DNA from: Polyangiaceae bacterium | GTDB taxonomy: Bacteria > Myxococcota_A > Polyangia > Polyangiales > Polyangiaceae | Direction of reading: 5' to 3' | Length of the DNA stretch: 64,000 bases | NCBI GenBank assembly: GCA_044222475.1 | Contig: JBGANF010000018.1 | Coordinates: forward strand, 21,512-85,511 | Shown: piece by piece, positions 19,344 through 28,012 of the stretch | Layout: each line of letters opens with the position of its first letter | Position numbering within the stretch: position 1 is the first letter of the stretch | Translations under genes and position numbers: made by a program | Notes under the pieces: generated by a model | Seen by the model: the letters and a program-made list of their open reading frames with translations, nothing else | What the model was told of the DNA's origin: nothing | The model's database searches: none

Positions 19344-19814
19344 GTGAAGGGCGACTCGAAGGTCATCGACCTGCTCAACGAAGTGCTCACGAACGAGATC
19401 ACGGCGATCAACCAGTATTTCTTGCATGCGCGCATCTGCAAGAACTGGGGCTACGCGCGCCTCGCCGACTACATCCACAAAGAGTCGATCGACGAGATGA
19501 AGCACGCGGACAAGCTCATCGAGCGCATCCTCTACCTCGAAGGGCTGCCCAACGTGCAGCGCATCGGGAAGATCATGATCGGGCAGACGGTCGGGGAGAT
19601 CCTCAAGAACGATTACGCGCTCGAGATGATCGCGGTGCCGATGCTCAACAAGGGCATGCAGCAGTGCCGCGATCTCGGTGACAACGGCTCCGAAGATCTG
19701 CTTCGTCACATCCTCACCTCGGAGGAGGAGCACGTGGATTGGCTCGAGGCGCAGTTCGATCTGATCAAGCAGGTGGGGGAGTCGAACTACCTCGCGCAGC
19801 AAATCCGGGGGTAG
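19344..19814 (+). CDS. bfr: Bacterioferritin
   Basis: MKGDSKVIDLLNEVLTNEITAINQYFLH, ESIDEMKHAD (heme Met), EEEHVDWLE. SD GGAGG before the GTG. Confidence 0.97.
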   Translation: MKGDSKVIDLLNEVLTNEITAINQYFLHARICKNWGYARLADYIHKESIDEMKHADKLIERILYLEGLPNVQRIGKIMIGQTVGEILKNDYALEMIAVPMLNKGMQQCRDLGDNGSEDLLRHILTSEEEHVDWLEAQFDLIKQVGESNYLAQQIRG

Positions 19815-19907
19815 GTTTCGTACCTACCTGGGTCCGACGGACCTCCGCCGCCGAATGGCTGCCGGCTAACAATTCTCGGGGGGGTATAGAATCCCGAATG
19901 AGTACGT

Positions 19908-19955
19908 TGATTTGGCCCGATCGTCACCCCGCTGGCGATCGGGTCGAGTCATTTT
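19908..19955 (+). terminator. 19-bp RNA hairpin plus U-tract (terminator or structured RNA)
   Basis: 19908-19926 pairs fully with 19933-19951 when 4 G-U pairs are allowed; followed by TTTT. Confidence 0.6.
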
Positions 19956-19964
19956 CGGGGTTGC

Positions 19965-19986
19965 GTTGAAAACGGTTTTCATTATC
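19965..19986. promoter_or_regulatory. Fur box upstream of bfd
   Basis: Perfect 7-1-7 palindrome TGAAAAC-G-GTTTTCA (19967-19981) extended by TTATC, matching Fur-box architecture. Confidence 0.8.
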
Positions 19987-19998
19987 CTGTTCATCACG

Positions 19999-20202
19999 AT
20001 GTTCGTCTGCGTTTGCCATGCGGTGACCGACTCGGAAGTGAAGACCGCCATCGAGAGCGGTGCTGGTTGCGTTGATGCGGTGACCCGCGCTTGCCGCGCC
20101 GGCGGCGATTGCGGCGCCTGCCACGGCCACATCGAGAACATGATCGAGGAGCACCAAGAGCTGGTCTCCGCCGACCGTCTGGTCCGCGAACGCGCCGCTT
20201 GA
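19999..20202 (+). CDS. bfd: Bacterioferritin-associated ferredoxin
   Basis: MFVCVCHAVTD...AGGDCGAC; 67 aa; next to bfr. Confidence 0.93.
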   Translation: MFVCVCHAVTDSEVKTAIESGAGCVDAVTRACRAGGDCGACHGHIENMIEEHQELVSADRLVRERAA

Positions 20203-20242
20203 CGGTTTGGCCCGCCGAGGGCCATCTCGACGCACGGAGCTC

Positions 20243-21988
20243 ATGAGACACGCCCTAGCCGTCGCGCTCGGCGCCGCAACGGCGCTCGCGCTCGCGTGCG
20301 GCGCGCGCACCCCGCTGCCCGTCGGGGCGACCGACTCGCGAAGCACGTCGTTCTGCGTCCGGACCACCGCGTCGAGCGGCGCCGACGACGTCGCGCTCTA
20401 CGTGTTGCTGGACGCCTCGTACTCGATGAACGACGGCAGCAAGTGGTCCGACACCTCCGCCGCGCTCACGTACTTCGTGAGCGCGCCCGACGCGGCTGGC
20501 GTCGGGCTCGCCCTCCAGTTCTTCCCCGCGCAGTGGTCCGAGTGCGCGCCGGAGTCGTACGCGACGCCCGCCGTTCCCCTGGGGCTCCTCCCGGAGAACG
20601 GCGCTGCGGTGAAGGCCGCGCTCGCAGCCCGCAAGGTCGAAGGAACGACCCCCGCGCTCCCCGCGCTGACCGCGGCGTTCGCGTACACGCGCGCGCTCAA
20701 GCAGAACGACCCCGGGCGCGAGCCGCTCGTGGTCTTCGTGAGCGACGGCGCTCCGTCCGGCTGCGGCTCGACGACCCGCGCGATCACCGACCTCGTGCGC
20801 GAGGCCGCGACGAACGCGCCGCGGATCCGGACCTTCGTCATCGGTCTCGACAACGGATTCCCCCAAGAGATGGCCGCCGTCGCCGCCGCCGGAGGCAGCG
20901 GCGCCCCCGTCATCATCGACGGCGCCGTCACCGGACCGAAGGTCGTCGCCGCGCTCCGCGCGATCCGGGACACGGTGAAGCTCTGCCGCTACTCCATTCC
21001 ACCGATCGGTGACGCCACCCTCACCCCCAACGACCTCGGGGTCACGTTGAACACCGACGCCGGACCGCGATCGCTCCCGCTCGTCGTTCGCGAGAGCGAC
21101 TGCGGGCCGAACGGCGGCTTCACCGTCGACGACTGGAGTCATCCCACGAAGGTACAGCTGTGCGCCTCGTCGTGCGCCGCGGCTCACGCCGACCGTGCAT
21201 CGACCGTCGAGATCGTCGCCGGCTGCGGCGCGGGCTCTCGTGACGGCGCCGCCCCCGAGGGCGGGACCGGCGGCGATTGCACGAGCCAGCCCGACGTCAC
21301 GTGCGTCACGTCGTGCGCCGCCGACAAGCAGTTCGTCGTCCCCGCGTGCGTCTTCGGTACCTGGGAGTGCAAGCCGGGCACGGTCGACGTCCTCACGTGC
21401 AATTGCCCGGCCCAGCCTCACGAGTGCTGCCAAGCGGACGAGACGCTGGCGACCGCGTCGTGCCTCGACGGACGATGGGTGTGCCCGGCGGGCGGGAAGC
21501 TCTTCGGCGAGCCCGGCTGCGCAGCGCCCGACGTGTGCGCGCCGACGCTCCCGTGCGGTCCGACTGCGCTCTGCGTCGCCAAGGATGCGGCGTGCGGAGG
21601 CGGTCCCAGTTGGGGACGATGCGAGACCAAGCCGTCGTCCTGCGCTCCCGACAGCTCGGCGTGCGGCTGCGACGGCAAGGTCTACGCGAGCGTGTGCGCC
21701 GCCGCGGCGGCCGGCGTGGATCGATCGGCGACCGTCGGCTGCGCCGCGCCCGCCGGCAAGTTCCCGTGCGGTCCGCTCTTCTGCACCGCGGCGACCGAGG
21801 TGTGCCGCAAGGTCACCGACTTCGCCAAGACGATCGCCCCGACGACGTGGTCGTGCGTCGCACCGCCGGGCGGCTGCACCACCGGCTGCGGGTGCAACCT
21901 CTGCCCCGCCTGTCCTTCGGGGAAGAAATGCAGCGAAGGCTGCACGACCCAGGGCGGCGGTCGCGTGCTGACCTGCTCGCAGCTCTAG
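20243..21988 (+). CDS. VWA-domain lipoprotein with Cys-rich/Kazal-like C-terminus
   Basis: Lipobox ALA-C; MIDAS LDASYSM, GTTP, VFVSDG, TFVIG; CGCDGKVYASVC. Confidence 0.85.
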   Translation: MRHALAVALGAATALALACGARTPLPVGATDSRSTSFCVRTTASSGADDVALYVLLDASYSMNDGSKWSDTSAALTYFVSAPDAAGVGLALQFFPAQWSECAPESYATPAVPLGLLPENGAAVKAALAARKVEGTTPALPALTAAFAYTRALKQNDPGREPLVVFVSDGAPSGCGSTTRAITDLVREAATNAPRIRTFVIGLDNGFPQEMAAVAAAGGSGAPVIIDGAVTGPKVVAALRAIRDTVKLCRYSIPPIGDATLTPNDLGVTLNTDAGPRSLPLVVRESDCGPNGGFTVDDWSHPTKVQLCASSCAAAHADRASTVEIVAGCGAGSRDGAAPEGGTGGDCTSQPDVTCVTSCAADKQFVVPACVFGTWECKPGTVDVLTCNCPAQPHECCQADETLATASCLDGRWVCPAGGKLFGEPGCAAPDVCAPTLPCGPTALCVAKDAACGGGPSWGRCETKPSSCAPDSSACGCDGKVYASVCAAAAAGVDRSATVGCAAPAGKFPCGPLFCTAATEVCRKVTDFAKTIAPTTWSCVAPPGGCTTGCGCNLCPACPSGKKCSEGCTTQGGGRVLTCSQL

Positions 21989-22737
21989 GCGCTGCAGAGC
22001 TTGTCGACGAGGAACGACGCGACGTCGCCGGGCTTGGTCCCCGGCCCGAACCCCGCGTCGAAGCCGAGCTCGAGCGCGAGCTTGTGATCGATGCGCGGCC
22101 CGCCCAGGAGCAGCACGACGTCCTTGCGCCAGCCCTGCTTCTCGACGAGCTTCACGAAGGCCCCGGCGTTCTCCTTGTGGCAGTTGCGCTGGGTGATGAC
22201 CTGGCTGACGAGGATCGCGTCCGCCTTCAGAGCGCGCGCTCGCTCCGCGAGCTGCTCGTTCTCGACCTGCGCGCCGAGGTTGTGCGCGTCGAACGTCTTG
22301 TAGCTCTCGAGGCCCTTGTCGCCGGAGTAGCCCTTGTAGTTGAGGATCGCGTCGATGCCGACGGTGTGCGCATCCGAGCCGGTGCATGCGCCGACGACGA
22401 CGATCTTCCGCCCGAGGCGAGTCTTGATCCGGTGCTCGATCTCCTCGCGCGGAAGGCTCTCGGTGCGGACCTCGGGGACGTCGATCTGGGCGACGTCGAT
22501 CGAGTGCTTCGAGTGGCCGTACACGACGAAGTACGAAAAGCCCTCGGCGCACTCTTCCATCGTCGCCACGATCGGCTCTCGGAGCCCGTGGGTCTCGGCG
22601 AAGCGCTTCGCTGCTTCGCGAGCGCGCGCCGATGGAGGCAGTTGGAGCACGAAGCTCATCTGCACCATGCCGTCGCCTTCGCGGTCGCCGTAGGCGCGAA
22701 GGACGTGTTCTCGCGGGGCGGATTCTCGGTGGGTCAC
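21985..22737 (-). CDS. kamE: Lysine 5,6-aminomutase beta subunit (B12-binding, OAM dimerisation)
   Basis: YGD..GDGMVQMSF, GACTGSDAHTVGIDAILNYKG (DxHxxG plus PLP Lys), NLGAQV, ILVSQVITQ, GFDAGFGPGT. Confidence 0.93.
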   Translation of the reverse strand: MTHRESAPREHVLRAYGDREGDGMVQMSFVLQLPPSARAREAAKRFAETHGLREPIVATMEECAEGFSYFVVYGHSKHSIDVAQIDVPEVRTESLPREEIEHRIKTRLGRKIVVVGACTGSDAHTVGIDAILNYKGYSGDKGLESYKTFDAHNLGAQVENEQLAERARALKADAILVSQVITQRNCHKENAGAFVKLVEKQGWRKDVVLLLGGPRIDHKLALELGFDAGFGPGTKPGDVASFLVDKLCSA

Positions 22738-22820
22738 GGTGGACACTCTAGTATAGGGCGCGGCTCTCGGTGCATCATCGTCGTCAGGCCGCCTCGCGCA
22801 CGGCCGTCGGAGGAGACGCC

Positions 22821-23141
22821 ATGGGACGTCGTGATCGAACGAGCGCAACTGCCGAGCACGCGGGCTACCGCCACGCGCGGCTGGAGTCGCTCCTGCGCGA
22901 CGAGATCGCCGGCCTGCTCGCCGACGAGATCGACGACCCCGCGCTGTTCGGGGTGACGGTGGCGCACGTCACGCTGAGCGTCGACTACCGCCACGCGAAG
23001 GTCTACTTCGACGTCGCTCCGGAGCGGCGGGACGAGGTGGAGCGCGCGCTCGCTCGCGCGACCGGCTTCGTCCGCGCGCGGCTCGCCGACGCCGTCGACC
23101 TGAAGCGCGTGCCCGAGCTTCGCTTCGTCCACTACGTCTAG
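22821..23141 (+). CDS. rbfA: Ribosome-binding factor A family protein (orphan paralog)
   Basis: R..RL...LRDEIA.LL..EIDDP.L.GVTV..V.LS.DYRHAKVYF...AL..ATGFVR..LA....LKRVPELRF. SD GGAGGA. Confidence 0.8.
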   Translation: MGRRDRTSATAEHAGYRHARLESLLRDEIAGLLADEIDDPALFGVTVAHVTLSVDYRHAKVYFDVAPERRDEVERALARATGFVRARLADAVDLKRVPELRFVHYV

Positions 23142-23218
23142 CGCGCTGGATCGTGAGGGACCGCGATCGGATCGATCGCGATCCGTACGAAACGCTGGGA
23201 AATACGCCCTCCGAGCGC

Positions 23219-23234
23219 TGGCACGGGCGCTGCA
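23219..23234 (+). promoter_or_regulatory. Putative sigma-54 promoter
   Basis: TGGCAC-GGGCG-CTGCA (-24/-12), ending 12 nt before ATG 23247. Confidence 0.6.
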
Positions 23235-23246
23235 CTGATGTAGGGA

Positions 23247-24626
23247 ATGCACCTCCGTTCCTTCGTCGCCGCGTTCGTCGCCGCGAGCCTCGTGGCCACG
23301 GTCGCCTCCGCGACCGACACGTGGACGAACCCGTACGACGGCATCAAGCGCCTTCGTCGCACCGAGACCGGACCCAACCAAGTCGTCCACGCGCTCGTCG
23401 TCGACCTCACGACGCCTGGCGTGCACTTCGACTCGACGTCGACGACGCAGCGCAAACGCACCACGTCGTCGTACGCCAAGCTCGTCGGCGCGCAGGCCGC
23501 GATCAACGGCGACTTCTTCTCCTACGCGACGTACGGCACGAGCGGCCTCGCCGCCGGCGCTGGCGCCGCGTGGACCGACACGAAGGACAGCACGTCGAGC
23601 GCGACGCTCGCCTTCGATGGCGCCCGGCGCATCGAGCTCACGAAGGCGCAGACCGTCGTCACGTTCGACAAGACGTGGATGCGCGGCGTCGTCTCCGGCC
23701 ACCCGTGGATCCTCGATCAAGGCACGATCGTGCCGTTCACGTCGTCGAGCACGCTGTGCACGACGCGGAACCCGCGCAGCGCGGTCGGCATGAGCAAGGA
23801 CGGGCAGACGCTCGTCGTCATGGTCGTCGACGGGCGGTCGACCGCGAGCGCCGGGATGACGTGCGGCGAGCTCGCCGCGGAGCTGAAGAGCCTCGGCGCG
23901 TGGAACGCCGCGAACTTCGACGGGGGCGGCTCCAGCACCATGTACCTCGCAGGGACGGGCATCGTGAACGTGCCCTCCGACGGGAGCGAGCGCGTCGTCG
24001 GCAACCACTTCGCGATCTACGCGCCGAAGTCCGGCAGCGTCGGCAGCTTCAAGGGCATCGTGTCCGTGCAAGGCGCAGGCACCCCGCTCGCCGGCGCGTC
24101 CGTGAGCATCGCGACCGTGGGCTCCGACGTGACGGACGCGAAAGGGGCGTACGAGCTCCAGACCCTTCCTGGAACGTTCGCCCTCGTGGCGAAGAAGGTC
24201 GGCTACACGACGGTGACGACGTCGAAGAAGATCCTCGCCGGGCAGGATCTCGTCGTCGACTTCGCGCTCGCGCCCACGTCCGACGGTGACTTCGACGACG
24301 ACGGCGTCCTCGACGGCAAGGACGACTGCCCCGAGGTCGCGAACCCCGATCAGGCCGACGCGGACAAGGACGGGCTCGGCGACGCGTGCGACCCCGACGA
24401 CGACAACGACGGCGTCATGGACGAGGACGACGACTGCCCGTTCGCGCCTGGCACCGGCGCGGCGTGTCCGAAGCCGACTCCCGGCGCCGACGCGGGCGAC
24501 GCGATCGCGGCGGACGGCGAGGTCGGGTGCAACGCGGCCGGCGGAGGTACCAACGTGGGATGGATGGCGGTGGCTCTGGCCGCGCTCGCCTTCGTGCGCC
24601 GCCGACCCAGGACCTACCGCCGCTGA
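23247..24626 (+). CDS. Phosphodiester glycosidase (NAGPA/DUF2233) family protein with carboxypeptidase-regulatory-like domain, TSP3 repeats and MYXO-CTERM-like anchor
   Basis: [72 protein letters not shown]...hydrophobic...RRR tail. Confidence 0.88.
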   Translation: MHLRSFVAAFVAASLVATVASATDTWTNPYDGIKRLRRTETGPNQVVHALVVDLTTPGVHFDSTSTTQRKRTTSSYAKLVGAQAAINGDFFSYATYGTSGLAAGAGAAWTDTKDSTSSATLAFDGARRIELTKAQTVVTFDKTWMRGVVSGHPWILDQGTIVPFTSSSTLCTTRNPRSAVGMSKDGQTLVVMVVDGRSTASAGMTCGELAAELKSLGAWNAANFDGGGSSTMYLAGTGIVNVPSDGSERVVGNHFAIYAPKSGSVGSFKGIVSVQGAGTPLAGASVSIATVGSDVTDAKGAYELQTLPGTFALVAKKVGYTTVTTSKKILAGQDLVVDFALAPTSDGDFDDDGVLDGKDDCPEVANPDQADADKDGLGDACDPDDDNDGVMDEDDDCPFAPGTGAACPKPTPGADAGDAIAADGEVGCNAAGGGTNVGWMAVALAALAFVRRRPRTYRR

Positions 24627-26171
24627 CTACTTCTCGAGCGCCTCGAGCAACGGGTTCACGTAGTCGGGCGAGCGCGGGACCACCCCCGCGTAGCCTTTGC
24701 CGCCGGTGCGCGTTCGCTTCACGTCGGCGAACGAGCCGCGACCGATCGCGTCCCAGATCCCTTCGCGAGCGACCTCTTCCAGCTGCGCGTGCGCTTCGTC
24801 GAGGACTTGGATCGCGCGCTTGGCGACGATGCCGCCGGGCTTGAACTCGATCTCGTCGCCGAGGTGGCGCGCGGCGCCGTAGACGTAGCGCGTCGCCTTC
24901 AGGGCGAGGAACCGGTCGACGAGCATCGGGTTGTGGATCGCCTCGCTGAACATCCCGAGGAGCTCGATCGACTGCTGGGTCGTGATCCCCACGAGGCTGA
25001 ACATCGCGTCGTGGACGTGGCTCTGGAAGATGTCGCCGGTCTTGTGCTTCGTCGGCGGCATCCACTTGATCGGGTGCCGCGGGAAGATCTGGCGGATGAG
25101 CTGCGCCTGCGAGAGCTCGAGGAGGAAGCTGTCCTCGACCCACGGGTCGATCTCGTAGGCGTGCCCGAGACCGAGCTGCTCGTCCTTCAGTCCCGCGCGG
25201 TGGGCGAACGCTTCGTTGATGAACTGGCTCGCGAGCACCGTGTGCGCCTTCTCCACGGCATCGGCGGTCGTGAGGTAGTTGTCCTCGCCGGTGTTGATCA
25301 CGATGCCGGCGCGGGCGATGAAGCGTCGCGACACGTACTGATCCACGAACGTGCGGCACATGTTGATGTCGCGGAAGAGGATCCCGTACATCGCGTCGTT
25401 GAGCAGCATGTCGAGCCGCTCGACCGCAGCCATCCAGGCGATCTCCGCCATGCAGAGCCCGGACGAGTAGTTCGTCTGGTGGATGTAGCGACCGTACTCG
25501 GCCGACGCCTCGTCGACGGCGCGGCGCACGATGCGGAAGTTCTCCTGCGTGGCGAAGGTGCCGCCGTAGCCCTCGGTCGTCGCGCCGTGGGGCACGTAGT
25601 CGAGGAGCGACTGCGCCGTCGCGCGGATCACCGCGACGACGTCCGCTCCGGCGAACGCTGCGGCCTTCGCTTGCAGCGCATCGTCGTAGATGTTGCCGGT
25701 CGCGACGATGACGTACTTGTGGGGCGTCGGTCCGGGAGGGATCTTCGCTTTCAGCGCCTCGCGCTCGGTGCGCGCGCCGTCGATGCGGGCGAGCGCGGCG
25801 GTGACGTGCGGCTCGAGGGTACGAAGCACCGTCGCGCGGTCGGCGCCGCCTTCGCCCCGGTCGACCTCGTGCCCGAAGGCGAGGCGCTCGGCGGCGTCCT
25901 GGATCGAGCCGGCGCCGGCGGCGAGCGCGCGCCCGAGCCAGTAGGCGATGCCGCGGTCGAGCAGCCCGGCCTTGTGGTACCGCTCGACCGCGAGGTTCAC
26001 GAGGGGCGCGCCCTGGTCGTCGGTCCCTTCCACGCCGTGCGCGCGGAGCATGGTGCGCTCGACGCCGACGCTGGTGTGAGCGTCGATGTACTGCTGGACG
26101 TCGTCGGCGACGCGCGCCGCGAGCTCGCGACACGAAGCGACCTTCTTTGCATCCATCGGGACGGTGGCCAT
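24627..26171 (-). CDS. kamD: Lysine 5,6-aminomutase alpha subunit
   Basis: HTSVGVER, YVIVATGNIYDD, VIRATAQSLLDYVP.GATTEGYGGT.ATQENF, NYSSGLCM.EIA, NDAMYGILFRDIN, INTGEDNYLTTADA, MPPTK. Confidence 0.95.
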   Translation of the reverse strand: MATVPMDAKKVASCRELAARVADDVQQYIDAHTSVGVERTMLRAHGVEGTDDQGAPLVNLAVERYHKAGLLDRGIAYWLGRALAAGAGSIQDAAERLAFGHEVDRGEGGADRATVLRTLEPHVTAALARIDGARTEREALKAKIPPGPTPHKYVIVATGNIYDDALQAKAAAFAGADVVAVIRATAQSLLDYVPHGATTEGYGGTFATQENFRIVRRAVDEASAEYGRYIHQTNYSSGLCMAEIAWMAAVERLDMLLNDAMYGILFRDINMCRTFVDQYVSRRFIARAGIVINTGEDNYLTTADAVEKAHTVLASQFINEAFAHRAGLKDEQLGLGHAYEIDPWVEDSFLLELSQAQLIRQIFPRHPIKWMPPTKHKTGDIFQSHVHDAMFSLVGITTQQSIELLGMFSEAIHNPMLVDRFLALKATRYVYGAARHLGDEIEFKPGGIVAKRAIQVLDEAHAQLEEVAREGIWDAIGRGSFADVKRTRTGGKGYAGVVPRSPDYVNPLLEALEK

Positions 26172-26222
26172 GAGCCGCTTTTGTCACCTTTCGAAACCAG
26201 TTTCAGGTGAAATCGCTCGAAG

Positions 26223-26343
26223 AGGGAACGCCAGGGCGCCAGCCGCGCCAGGGATGCCAGCGGTCGACACCCGAAAGAAGAGGGTGCCGACCCTCTCTTC
26301 GAATCTCGTCAGTCCCTGGCGCTCTGGCGCCCTGGCGTTCCCT
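26223..26343. repeat. Intergenic long inverted-repeat (hairpin) element
   Basis: Perfect 20-bp arms AGGGAACGCCAGGGCGCCAG / CTGGCGCCCTGGCGTTCCCT, a second 10-bp pair GCGCCAGGGA/TCCCTGGCGC, and an inner hairpin AGAGGGT-GCCG-ACCCTCT. Confidence 0.85.
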
Positions 26344-26348
26344 GCCGA

Positions 26349-27281
26349 TCAAGTGAAGTCGCGTTTGCGGAAGAGCAGCGACGCGATCACGAGACCGATC
26401 ACGCTGTAGAAGCCGGCGTGCAGCGCCGCCTTCGCCACGAAGGGCCAGATCGGCGTGTCGGGGAGCTCCCCGAGCAACAGCGGCCTCGGGGGGACGTAGA
26501 GGTGCAGATTCGGGAACACGTGCGCGAGCACCGCGCCCCCCTTCGACGCGGCTGCGCCGACCTGCGCGGGCGGCAATCGAGCCAGCGTGTCGGCGCTTCG
26601 TCCGATGACGAACACCGCGAACGTGAAGATCGCCGTCAGGAACGGCGACGAGAACGACGAGAACAGCGTCGCGATGGACGCGATGATCGCGCTCTCGCAG
26701 AACGCGAGCACCATCGAGGCGAGCACGAGCCGCCGGTTCGCGCTCCCCGTCTCGGCCAGCATCGCCATCGCGGCGACGGCCGCGAGCGACCAGGGCAGGA
26801 GCACGAACACTCGCGTGTACTTTGCACGTATCAGGAGAACGCCGAGGATCAGTAGGAGGAGCAACGCGGCCACGCCGACGAGCCACGGCTTCTGTCCGGT
26901 CTCGAGCGCGAGCGCGGCGAGCAGCAGCGCCGAGTAGGACGTGACGAACACCGTCAGCGTGAGGAGCGTCCCCACGTACTTCCCGACCAGGTACTCGTGG
27001 CGGAAGATGGGCCGCGCGAGGATCGGGAAGAGCGTCTTCAGCTCGAGCTCGCGGTGCAGCGACGTTGCACCGAGGACGATCGCGACCAGCACCCCGTAGA
27101 GCGACATCGAGGCGGTGCCCACGTCGGACAGGACGCGGGCCTGTTGGTCGACCGACCAGCCGCCGACCACGATCGCGTAGAAGCACGTCGCGAACGCGAG
27201 CCCGAACAGCCCGTAGAGGATGCGCGCGCGCACCGCCTCTCGGTACGCGTTCGTCGCCACGGCGAAGACGCGGAAGAACAC
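26349..27281 (-). CDS. ABC-2 type transporter permease (PilI-like)
   Basis: A.NAYREAVR.RILY, ELELKTLFPILARPI.R.EYLVGKY.G, several TM helices, F.KRDF C-terminus. Confidence 0.85.
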   Translation of the reverse strand: MFFRVFAVATNAYREAVRARILYGLFGLAFATCFYAIVVGGWSVDQQARVLSDVGTASMSLYGVLVAIVLGATSLHRELELKTLFPILARPIFRHEYLVGKYVGTLLTLTVFVTSYSALLLAALALETGQKPWLVGVAALLLLLILGVLLIRAKYTRVFVLLPWSLAAVAAMAMLAETGSANRRLVLASMVLAFCESAIIASIATLFSSFSSPFLTAIFTFAVFVIGRSADTLARLPPAQVGAAASKGGAVLAHVFPNLHLYVPPRPLLLGELPDTPIWPFVAKAALHAGFYSVIGLVIASLLFRKRDFT

Positions 27282-27321
27282 GGTTCTCTACTACCAGAGA
27301 AGCCGAACGTCCGTCACCGGC

Positions 27322-27963
27322 TCAAGCGGGCCCGGTGCCCTGCTTCGAGGTCCGGTACGAGCGAAGCACGTATTGCCGGACGAGCTGCGGCACCGTCAGC
27401 ATCGCCGCGCGCAGCTTCTCTTCGTAGAACGTGCGCACGAGCCCCGCTCCCACGTCGACGAGGATCCCGTACGTCAGCAGCGTGCGCGGCGTCCCGTCGG
27501 CCGAAGGGGCCAGCGCTTCGGTGCGGAAGTACCCCCACGCATCGTCGATCGCGTGCGGGAACGACGGCTCGAGCCAGAAGCGGACCGTGTGCTCGCGCGG
27601 ATACCGACGAACTTGGATCGTGTAGCTCGCGGTGACGACGCCGTTGCCTTGCGAAAGCTCGATGAACGTTCCGTCGCCCGGCCCCTTCACCTTCGTCGCC
27701 GACTTGGTGCGGGGGAGGAGCTTCTCGTACGCGTCGACGTCGTCGAAGGTGGCGCCCAGCTCTTCCGGCGTCGCTTCGACGATCGTGTACGTCACGCCTC
27801 CGACGAGTCGATGGTCGTCGTCTTCGACCGTCTGCTCGCGCACGACGGTGCCGCCGCTCGCGAGGAGCGCGTTCTCGCTCGGGGAGAGCCCGTCGGCCCG
27901 GGCCGCCTTCGAGAAGAAGAGCGGGAGCACGAGCGCGAGCGCCATGAGGACCCGTCGAGCCAT
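27322..27963 (-). CDS. Secreted SRPBCC/START-like (polyketide cyclase family) protein
   Basis: Signal peptide ARA-D; ATPEEL...DVDAYEKLLP; C-terminal helix typical of SRPBCC. Confidence 0.6.
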   Translation of the reverse strand: MARRVLMALALVLPLFFSKAARADGLSPSENALLASGGTVVREQTVEDDDHRLVGGVTYTIVEATPEELGATFDDVDAYEKLLPRTKSATKVKGPGDGTFIELSQGNGVVTASYTIQVRRYPREHTVRFWLEPSFPHAIDDAWGYFRTEALAPSADGTPRTLLTYGILVDVGAGLVRTFYEEKLRAAMLTVPQLVRQYVLRSYRTSKQGTGPA

Positions 27964-28012
27964 CGCGGAGCCAGCGTAAATACGAGGCGACGGCAGCGCA
28001 AGATCCGTCGGG

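Noticed and set aside
26172..26348. Cobalamin or lysine riboswitch upstream of kamD
   Set aside because: No recognisable B12-box or L-box conserved segments. The region is explained by a simple nested inverted repeat.
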